From the NCBI GenBank assembly GCA_030141605.1, contig JAQGDQ010000042.1, forward strand, positions 310,001 to 373,746: DNA of 63,746 nucleotides, given 5' to 3'. Source of the DNA: Tubiluchus corallicola. Lineage: Eukaryota; Animalia; Priapulida. Positions 1 to 10,200 of this stretch are shown in pieces (position 1 is the first letter of the stretch; each line of letters opens with the position of its first letter). The translations under genes and the position numbers were made by a program. Under the pieces are notes generated by a model. That model was not told the DNA's origin and made no database searches. It worked only from the letters and a program-made list of their open reading frames with translations.

Positions 1-641
1 TTTAAAGGAGAAGACCATCATTCGTTAAGGTCTATGGGTTAAGTATTTAACATTTTCCTATGTTTTTAACCATTTCCTTCCACAGAATATAAAACTCATT
101 CAATTCTATTGTTTCACCATGTTTTTTTTGTCAAAATTGAAAAAATGAAACGTTGCAGTCTCTCATTAGGTAGAAAACTCGTGCTTACCACAGTCATTCA
201 AAAGGAATCCACACTGCAGGAAAATATCATTCTTCTTGTTAACTTATAGTATTTAATATTTATTCTTCTCTTTAATTCATTCACAGATTTTTCATTGATT
301 GATTGTGCTGTTCATCGCTTTTTAGGTAAAGAATATTTTGTGAAATTCAAAGTGTTTTAAAACCGTAATGATACATTGAAATGCCTTATTCATGCATTTA
401 GTGTGTTCTGTGATTGAGCTCTTTGGAATGTCATTAAAATGGAATCTACTAAGATAATACCACACTCTAGATAGAATAGGAAACTGCACAAAAGGTTTTC
501 TATTCTCGGGAAAAGGTTTATTGTTTTAATAATTTTGTCATGTTCACTGCTTTCTCTGCTTTTTTATTGAAGACATATTCTTCTTCCTGAAGGCAATTAA
601 CTCATGGTTCTCTGACTGAGCAAACCATTCACATTTTCTAG

Positions 642-764
642 ATATCGTTCGTTAATATCATCGCTGAAATACTCGGGGCAGGCAACATCTCGGCGTTCCG
701 GTCGATGAGGACATTGCGTGCCCTGCGTCCGCTTCGAGCGGTGTCTCGGTGGGATGGAATGAAG
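642..764 (+). CDS. Nav DIII S3-S4 alternative exon A (41 aa)
   Basis: ttttctAG|ATA...AAG|GTacgg, 123 nt, phase 0/0; [41 protein letters not shown]. Confidence 0.92.
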
Positions 765-3700
765 GTACGGCATGGTGGACAAATTTTTCATTAAACATCT
801 TTTATTTTAGTTGTTTTTTGAATTTTTTTACAGATATCTTTTATTAATCTCCTCGCTGAAGGTTTAGGTCTTGGTAACATTGCTGCCTTTCGCTCAATGA
901 GGACGCTACGCGCCCTTCGTCCTTTACGTGCTGTTTCACGTTGGGAAGGAATGAAGGTAGGGCTAGGTGTATAAGCTCTGACTATGCTTTGGAACAGCTT
1001 CCAGCTTTCGTCGTCATCGTTGTCATAGTTACTATGGCTTCTCCTCTGTTGCTCTAAACATGGTAGTGCTGCTAGAATAGAGGTGTTAGAAGAAGAAGAC
1101 TACACAAAGACTATCTCGTGGCTGGAATGTTTGTTGGTGTTGTTACACAGTAGAAGCAGTTTTACGCAAAACAACTTAGGCATTTAGGCAACATCGTTCT
1201 GCATATCTTGATAGACAGATTGACATGTGTTTCTTGAGCTATGTTCGGTGTGGTGCTTTACAATAGTTATTGCTGGGTGTCTGCAAATTGTCCGATGTCA
1301 GTTATCATAGTTCCATTTAGGGTATAAACAACTGATACAGAATCAGTAGTCTCTACCATGGTGTTAGAATGGCTTAACATGCATGATTGTACTTGTCTTC
1401 ACCATAACTGGTGAAACAGAGTGTTAGAGTTAGCTCAGATCTATTGTTTGCTTGTAAGATAAATCCAGAATTTACATGTATTCCTATTGCTAACCTTCAT
1501 GAAATAATGTCTTATAACATTATATCTAATGTTTAAATGCCAAGTAGAACTAACATGAGAGTTAATTAAAATTTTCGATATTTTTTGTGTTCTGTTTCTG
1601 TCGGTAACAAGTATAAATTTAAACTTTTTCTGCGACTGTCTTTTTCCGTACATAACTTGTAATTGTTTCTGAAATTTTATGCTTCACATGCTTTTATAGG
1701 AAACTTGATTAAATGCTACATTTTGGAAGCAACGAAATGCACCGAATTTCTCGCAAAATTTTAGCTACAATAAAGTCTGAAAACCCTTAATTCTGATCTT
1801 TAAGACATTTTCATCAGATTACAATGTAAACTATTCCTGGATTTATCTGTGTTTTAGTTGTCTGTCTGTGATGTGGTTCTGTGGTACACTGTCAAAAAAT
1901 ACAATGATCTTCAATTATGATTGCATCAGATTTGTCAGTAGTAATAATATATATGAACTGATAAAAATAATAACTTTTATTATCAAGTCTGAATTTCGGT
2001 TTCTCGTAATAGTAATCGTAACTTATGGAGATTAAATTCACACTCATTTTTTTGAAAAGTGATTTATACTGTGAGGAAATTTCTGCTTTACAGAATTTAC
2101 ATGAACTCCTTAATAGGCTGTGGCTAATTTGTTATTTTACTATGTTAGAATCAAAATTGATTTTTGAGTAAAAATCAACTATATGTCCTATTAAAATTTG
2201 TGATAACAATTTTAAATAATGTATTTATCAGTTAAATATTATATTCGATTTTATCGATGTTACCTAATCAAATTGGTTACTGGCATCATTAGTTATACTT
2301 CTTAAACTTGTTTGGTTTCTTTACTTCTGTTTTGTTTTCAGAAGTGTAAAAAAAATTCAAACGTTTCAGCTAATTTGTGTTATAATGCTTTAGGTCGTGG
2401 TCAATGCGTTGATTGGTGCTATTCCCTCCATAGCCAACGTTTTTCTCGTATGCATCGTCTTTTGGCTGATTTTTTGCATAATGGGTGTTAATTTTTTCGG
2501 TGGAAAGTATTATAAATGTGTGGATGCGAACAAAGTTACACTTCCAGTCGATGTCGTTCATAACAAGACACAATGCGAAAGTATGAAAGAGTTGAATTAC
2601 ACGTGGTTAAATTCAGATATCAATTTTGATAATGTGGGGAATGCATACCTGGCTCTATTTCAAGTGGTAAGTAATATTGTTTAATATCTAGGTATACCAC
2701 AAGTTTCTGGGTGAATGTTGTTATGTGAGCAACAAATTATTGCAAACTGGTTGAACTTATTTGCATGTCAACTGCAGATCATGATCATTGTTAAATAACC
2801 ATATAGTTTTTGCCAACAGTCACAAGTTTATTAGGATATAGTAACAATCAGATTGAAACAGTAAAAACAATTACACCTTCTACTGTCATAGCAAAGGAGT
2901 GAATTTAAATGTCTTGAATTAATCAATTTCAATTTAAACTCAATTAAAATAATGTGATTTAAATACTGTTCTGTTTAAAACTGTAATACTTAAGTCTCCA
3001 CTGTCAAAATTGTCTTTCAGCAAGCCGCAGTATGGGTACTCTTCATTATGCTCTAATAGTCATTTTTGTTTTCTCAGTTTTAGAATTTTCATATGTTGCA
3101 AAAACGGTTGTTTGTGTAACTCAGTGAGTATCACTCAAAAAGTGCCATTTGTTTTTTTCTAGGCTACATATAAAGGATGGGTTCCAATTATGTATGATGC
3201 CATCGACTCCACTGATGTAAGCCTTATATTTTAAGTTCAATTTCAGACAAAAGCATCCATGCAATTAGTTGCACACAGTAAATGATAAAAGATAAATGAG
3301 AGTTAGTAGATAAAATTTATTAATAAATTAAAACAATTATGTACATAGATGAAGCATAACACATAAGCCTGCATATTTAAGTACATCTGAGAGAGTTCTG
3401 CTATACAAGAATTCTACACATAATATATCCTTCTGTCTGCTGTAAGGTTTAGAGGTACGATACACATCAGACACCCTGAAGCATATCAGATAGGCATCAT
3501 CGCACATTTGAAGATGCGATTTTAAGAAAAATGAACATTTCCTTAGCAAAACATCAAAATAAGGGATAGCAACATTCACTGTCATTTGCCTTGCACTACA
3601 ATGACAAGGCAGAAAAAGTAATTTCCTCATATATTTGTGTGCTTGCAAACCAAAACCGTCCATAAGTGGGCATAGTTAAAAAATACACCAAAAATTTGGT

Positions 3701-6700
3701 CAATTGTAAATTTTCGTGTTTTTCAAAAAAACAAATGCTAAATACATTTGACTTTTATATTCTAGCATCAAATTATCAAGAAAATGTACAAAAAATACTA
3801 AAAATCTAATTTTGTAGCCCCATATCCACTTTTCTGGCTAGAAACTAGTACTACAGTTGTAAAAAGCTTGGAAATTTTCAAACTCTCATCGAATTAGTCA
3901 TTTTGATTCCGGTTTTTTCTATTGCCAAGCCTTGATCTTCGTCAGGAACAGCCATCTGCTGGATTTAAATGTAACTTCATTGTGCTCTTGTGATGTCTGT
4001 AGCAACCAACATTTGTGCGGTTACTAAGTGTTTTGTAGAAGTGCGACAAAAACAATGGCTAACTTTAACAGCTATTTTCTCAAGGTTAAGTTTTTCAGTG
4101 AGTAGCGTGCATCTCAACTTCAATGTGGATTATCTCAGCTTAGAAATAACATAGAGCGATGACCTTGGTATGAAAATGATCCTCATGAAATGGAGATTCA
4201 AGATATGTGAATGACTATAAATGCTTAATTGCCGATTGGACGATTTTCCTACATGCAAGCACACATTTGATATATATGACTTTAACTTGAATTATTAAAT
4301 TAGTGATTATTATAATTATTGTGCATTAAGCTGTGAGGCAGAGAAACAAGTATATTTGTTTCAAAACAAAAAGTTTAGACAGGAGGATCTAGACAATGCC
4401 TAATTGCACATTATTTTATTTTTATAGGTTAATCTGCAGCCAAAAATGGATAACGAAGTAAAGATGTACCTGTACTTTGTTATCTTCATCATCTTCGGAT
4501 CGTTTTTCACGCTCAATCTTTTCATTGGTGTCATCATTGATAATTTTAATGCACAAAAGAAAAAGATGGGTACAATATATGCACCACTCTGGTGCAGGTT
4601 TTTGCTTTTTAGCTGTCAGTTCTTAGGGTAAAGTGTAAAAACAAAATGACTTGGAATTGTGTTCACCGACTTGAAGATAAAATCTTGATAAACAGTAATA
4701 ATTTTTAAATCAGAATATTTCGTTAGAATTTTCATTGATTGTGCAACATTTATAACATTATTATGAAAGAAAGCACGCAGTGAAACGTCTATTCTTTCCA
4801 GTTTTTTAGCATTGAAACATGACATCAGATTTTTTTTGGTTAAAAAATCCATTTTAATGTATGTTTTGTCGGATAACAATAATAATCTGCTTTATCAATT
4901 CGCTTTTAATATCAAAACCATTCAATATTGTTGTTAAAAACGATAGTGTTTAATACCAGTGATTTAATTTTAGCACCGGAAAAAATCAATAACAAATAAA
5001 TTAAAAATTCCAGGTTATTTCTTCACATAAACTTTTGCGTTGCCTAGCCATTGTATTTGCATGTAATTTTGGGAAGACATGCGCAATAGTTTCCCTGTGA
5101 AACCAAGCTTCACGTAATCCTTGCTAAACTTGTATACCTGAATACTACTTAAAAACAAAATGTTACCTATAATATTTCTGACAAAACTTAAAAGAAGAAT
5201 GAGAAACGGGTCAATGTAACAGACATCACGTTGTAACTTTTCATGCTAATGGATTTGTCTCACCGTTCGAAAAAATAAAAATATCGGTTATTTTGTGCTG
5301 TTTTTCGAATTGAAGCTTGGTGGTTAGGTGCACGTACGTCGTTTTGTGACATAGTTAGAGCAGATGAGTGAAATAGAAATAACAAACAACATCAGTGTAC
5401 ACAAGAACTTACTCTGTTGAAAGTAGTAAAATGGTGATGATTTAACTGAGAAATGTACAACTGTTAAACATTTCTAAGAAATCAAGTTTATAAATGCATG
5501 AAAGCAATAAGAAATTAGAAAATCAGAAAGATTTTAGCACCACCATTGCGACACGAACCCAAAACCTTTTGCTTTCAGGGCAGCTATGCACAGAAATTTG
5601 TTGCTAAATTTTCACGTTTTGAAAAATTGCGATGCTTAAACTTACTTAGTTAAAATCACATTGAGAAAATAAACTACTTCTTTACATCATACAAATCGAG
5701 TAAGCTTAATTTATATTTAAAACTGAGTATTGTCTAATATATGAACTAAAAGCTGTTAATGCTTATGGGTCGACTGTTAGTCAAAATTTAAACATTTCGC
5801 TATGTTTGGCTATATTGTTTGTCTGTTAGGCTAGCAGCACAAGCTATTTACAATTTATTTCAACTTCTTTTGTATTTCCAATGTGTCACCATTTTACTAA
5901 ACCAAAATTGATTTGTAGTCGTATTCCTGAAGCGATTATGGTGGAATAAAGTACTACAAGTTAGTTTCACATTGCCAGCTACAGTACTAAGCAATAAACA
6001 AACATCAGCGAAGGCAGGTTATAGAGAAGGTGCTTTGCATTTTTAATATCTTTTTCGTGTACATTTACATGCGTCATTCAGAAATGTACATGAATTCAGC
6101 GTTTTAAATCACACAAACATTTCTGCTGGAAACTTTGCTTGTTTGTGCTGATAGGTTATATTGTCAGTGGCTGTAAATACGTAGCCGTTAATTACGAATT
6201 TTGTTTTATTACCAGTACATCAGGAAAATGTTTCTAGCAAAGAAATGTTTCACTTAACTTACTTTTTTCGTCAATATACACTTTTGTAAATTTTTTTGGG
6301 TTGCATGGTTGATTGCTACGGTTTTGACTGAAGTAATAGCATCTGATCACATTTTAAATATGAATTCATTTTTTTTCTAGTGCTATAATTCATCTTAACG
6401 TGGCCAAGGAATTAAATCCAAATTACTAACATTGACTTTAAATCAAAATTTATTTTACTTATTGTGCATATACAGCTTCTAGTAATGATTCTGGAGGATA
6501 ACTAATTTGTGTTTTGTAGAAAAATATAATTTTTTGAAAAGCGATAACCCATTTTCATCAGTATGATTGAGTTTGGATTTATTGTTCAAGACAAGACAAC
6601 TGAAATATCTTTTCAAATCCGTACAACGGTCCCCTTGAGTTATGCGTTTCCTTGTTTGCTGTTCTAGAGCTGCAATGAAAATGTTACATTATTTGCCAAA

Positions 6701-9700
6701 TTCTAATGTTTTCTTAGTTTCAAGAAAGCTTTACAAACTGAAAATGGTGTGCTATAATGTTGTACTGTTTCTTTACGCAGGGGGAAATTTAGAGTTGTTT
6801 ATGACGGAAGATCAGAAGAAATACTACAAGGCAATGAAAAAGTTGGGATCGAAGAAGCCAGGAAAACCAATTCCCCGTCCAAAAGTAAGACATTGTATAA
6901 AATACGGAAAATTGATCTGAAAATAAAAAAGAAAAAATTTGACACGTCTGATGCTATGGTTTTGTTGAAATCATTAGAATGTCAGCTCGCTGCATGAAAT
7001 TTAGAGACCTTCTGTACCTTTTAGAAATTTGTGTGGGCGGCTGATGGAGGAGATATTTTATAGACCTGCTTTACAGGTCTTCCATTTTTACCTCCAAAAT
7101 GGGAAAGAGGTGATAAGATTAAACTCACCTAGCTTATAGTGTTAGTTGAATACACACTGCAAACAAATTCTTGTTGTAGTGACAAGGTCAAGGCATTAGG
7201 TTGAATGGTTGCATTATTTGCAGGGATGCTTAATTAATCAACACTGGGCTTAGCTAATAAACGTTTGCGTTACCGCCAAGAATACTGGTTCTGGGTATAT
7301 TTGTCTGCCTTTTTTGTATCATTAAAAGAAGATATCGGTACATGCAAACTTAACTAAGGTGCCTTTGCCAACTCAAAACATATAAAATGCAGAGGATTAT
7401 TGTCCTTGATATCAAGCTAGATTTCAATCTTGCCTCAGCCGTAAGATAAAACCAATATGAAAAATCTTCTGTATTTAGTATTGATGATAATGAATTTTGA
7501 TTTCAAAAAAATGCTGCAAAATTATTTATATTGTGACATGCATAAACTTTTACATTAGTTATTATTACTGTCAAATTACTTTTTATTTCAGTTCAGAATA
7601 CAGCAATACTTCTTCGATTTGACCACTTCGCAGAAGTTCGACATTATTATAATGATAGTGATTTGCTTGAATATGGTCACAATGTGTATTGAACATCATA
7701 ATCAATCAGAAATGGTCAACAAGAGCCTTTATTATATCAATCTGGCATTTATTGGCATATTCACTTTAGAGTGTGTGCTGAAATTACTCGGTTTACGATT
7801 CTATTATTTCAAACAGCCGTGGAACGTGTTTGATTTTGTTGTCGTTGTCTTGTCTATTGCAGGTAAGGATTCTTGGCTATATATAGTAACCAGTGGCTAA
7901 ATTGTTTATTTTTTAATGAGATGCAACAGTTTTTGGAGGTGTTAACAAGTAAACATACAAACAAGTACTAATTCAAAGACTGTTTTTGTACTATAGTGAT
8001 TTACAAAATGAACGAATAGACTGGCTATCGTTGTCAGCACTGTTAAATGATACTGTTAAAATAAAAATACAGTAAGTGCCGCTTCACAGACTCACTTAGG
8101 GATGAAGGTGTTTTGACCCAATTAATGGACTGAATCTATTATCTGACCTGTGTAGCACTACTACTATAGCAGTATGAGTCATCACGCATCAGCCTAGCAT
8201 GCCCCGCAAAGGCTTAAACTGGTGGGACATGATGAGCTTGAGCTACAGCTGGTGATGATTATGTTTCTCCTTTGAAAAGCAGTTGGTGGTGCTCCTGTGA
8301 AAAGCAGCGAGAACTTCAAAAGCAAACTGCTAGGCAAATGATTAAGTTTAGCTTCGAGAAACAACAAGGTTAATTGCAGTGGACGAGAGTAGGTAACAGA
8401 TCCAAAGCAAAACTGATAAACGCACCTGGTTTACAAACAATACCGTACTTAACATGTTTGTTTATATGTACATCGTGGTGCACAAAACCGAATTAAAGAT
8501 GACATAAAAACGTTAATAAAAGCTCTCATCACACAAAAGTATCTTATTTTAAGTACATGAAGCAAAAATATTAAGTCAATTATACAGCGTTATTTGATTT
8601 TCGACAATTTTTATGTACATGAATAGGAGCGGCTCATACCAGACATTTATGAGTCAATTAAGCGACTAAATCTATGAACTGTGAGTCTAATAAATGGCAC
8701 CTACCTTAATGAGATACAATTATTAGATAAATTCTTGCCAACTTTTCATACTGCGGAATCTACTTCATAATAAATTTACTGTACTAAGTCCAACAGTGAT
8801 ATATATTATGCACATAGTGTCTTACAATAAAGTCCATAATGAACGTATACTACAGTTCGCATAATTTGAACTGGGCTTGGAGGAGTCCTCGACATGTTTC
8901 TTGTGAACCACCTTCACTGTAGTTATGGAAAGCTCAGGACCCTTCCTGACTGCTATCCTTAGGGATTATATTTTTATAGATTTTAAGTATTTTTATGCTG
9001 CGATTAAAACCCTGTTATAGTTGTCTTCTGATAAGTATGCTTTAATTATTACATCGTTCTCTTTCAGGTCTTTTGTTATCAGATATTATTGAAAAGTACT
9101 TTGTCTCGCCGACTCTTCTTCGCGTTATTCGTGTAGCACGCATTGGACGTATTCTACGGTTAATCAAAGGAGCACAAGGCATTAGAACTTTACTATTTGC
9201 TCTTGCCGTATCAATTCCTGCACTGTTTAATATTGCCATGTTACTGTTTCTTGTTATGTTCATCTTCAGTACTTTAGGCATGGGCTTTTTCCTCGACACG
9301 AAACCAATGTACGGACTAGATGATATTTTAAATTTTCAAACATTTGGCCGTAGTATGATAGTGCTGTTTGAAATATCAACGTCAGCAGGATGGGACGGCG
9401 TGTTGGCAGGTCTTTCTATTCAGCCAGATGAATGCCACATAGAAGACATAATTGTAGGAAATAAAACTGAATATGGAAACTGTGGTAATCCTTCTGTAGC
9501 TGTAGTGTTCCTGGTGACCTACCTAGTCATCACATTTTTGATAGTTGTAAACATGTATATTGCTGTGATATTGGAGAACTTCTCCCAGGCACAGGAAGAT
9601 GTGCAAGAGGGACTCACAGAGGATGACTTCGACATGTATTACGAAAAGTGGGAAAAGTGGGACGAAAAGGGAACCCATTATATTTCACTTGATTTGCTTT

Positions 9701-10200
9701 GTGATTTTGTTGATCAGTTAGAAGATCCGCTGCGCGTCCCAAAGCCGAACAAGATCAAGTTGATAATGATGAACATTCCGATATGTGCTGACGACAAAGT
9801 CCATTGTGTAGATATTTTAGACGCGCTAACTAAAAACTTCCTAGGCACAACCGGTGATTTAGGAGATGTGCCGATGGAGGAAGAAGGCGCGATCGCCAAA
9901 AAAGGTGAAAATTATGAACCAGTAAGTACCTTACTGGAAAGGCAGCAACAGGTAGTTGCAGCTCGGATAATACAACGTGCCTGGCGTAAGCATAAATGGC
10001 GAGAGACGGGCGAAGGCCCTTCTCGATGTACTTCACCTACAGGTGCTGTGCCACGCAGTGTGAGTCGACTAAGTCGAAGGAGTAAAGCTAGTATCAAATC
10101 CAGCCTATCTGCTTCCAAACCTAGTGATGTCAGAGGTTCAAGACATAGTCTACTGAGTGTTAGAGATATAACCCTCAAACCTACAGAAGACCAGAAGTAG
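642..10200 (+). CDS. para: Voltage-gated sodium channel alpha subunit (Nav1/para type), partial: DIII S3 to C-terminus; 5' part lies upstream of the window
   Basis: Exons 642-764 or 834-956 (alternative), 2394-2666, 3163-3216, 4428-4565 (or -4569), 6777 (or 6781)-6884, 7592-7862 and 9068-10200 join in frame. Motifs: S4 repeats [17 protein letters not shown] and [16 protein letters not shown]; DIII pore ATYKGW (K) and DIV pore TSAGWDG (A), consistent with a DEKA filter; linker [11 protein letters not shown]; IQ motif [10 protein letters not shown]. The symbol marks the Nav1 family; exact orthology is not established. Confidence 0.97.
834..956 (+). CDS. Nav DIII S3-S4 alternative exon B (41 aa)
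   Basis: tttacAG|ATA...AAG|GTaggg, 123 nt, phase 0/0; [41 protein letters not shown]. Confidence 0.92.
4566..6776 (+). other. Probable U2-type AT-AC intron of the Nav gene
   Basis: AAG|ATGGGT ... ctttAC|GCAGGG gives [14 protein letters not shown] and a 138-nt upstream exon. This is the position of the AT-AC intron in the DIII-IV linker of vertebrate SCN genes. Confidence 0.75.

Noticed and set aside
3920-3960. Hammerhead-like cores on the minus strand (CTGACGA at ~3943; CTGAAGA at ~23957)
   Set aside because: Stems II/III are incomplete; at most decayed Penelope-like remnants.
4566-6776. U12 (minor spliceosome) intron
   Set aside because: AT-AC ends are present, but there is no ATATCCT 5' consensus or TCCTTAAC branch site; the donor looks U2-type.
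9042-10178. Antisense ORFs over the last Nav exon
   Set aside because: Shadow frames of a real coding exon, with no independent signals.
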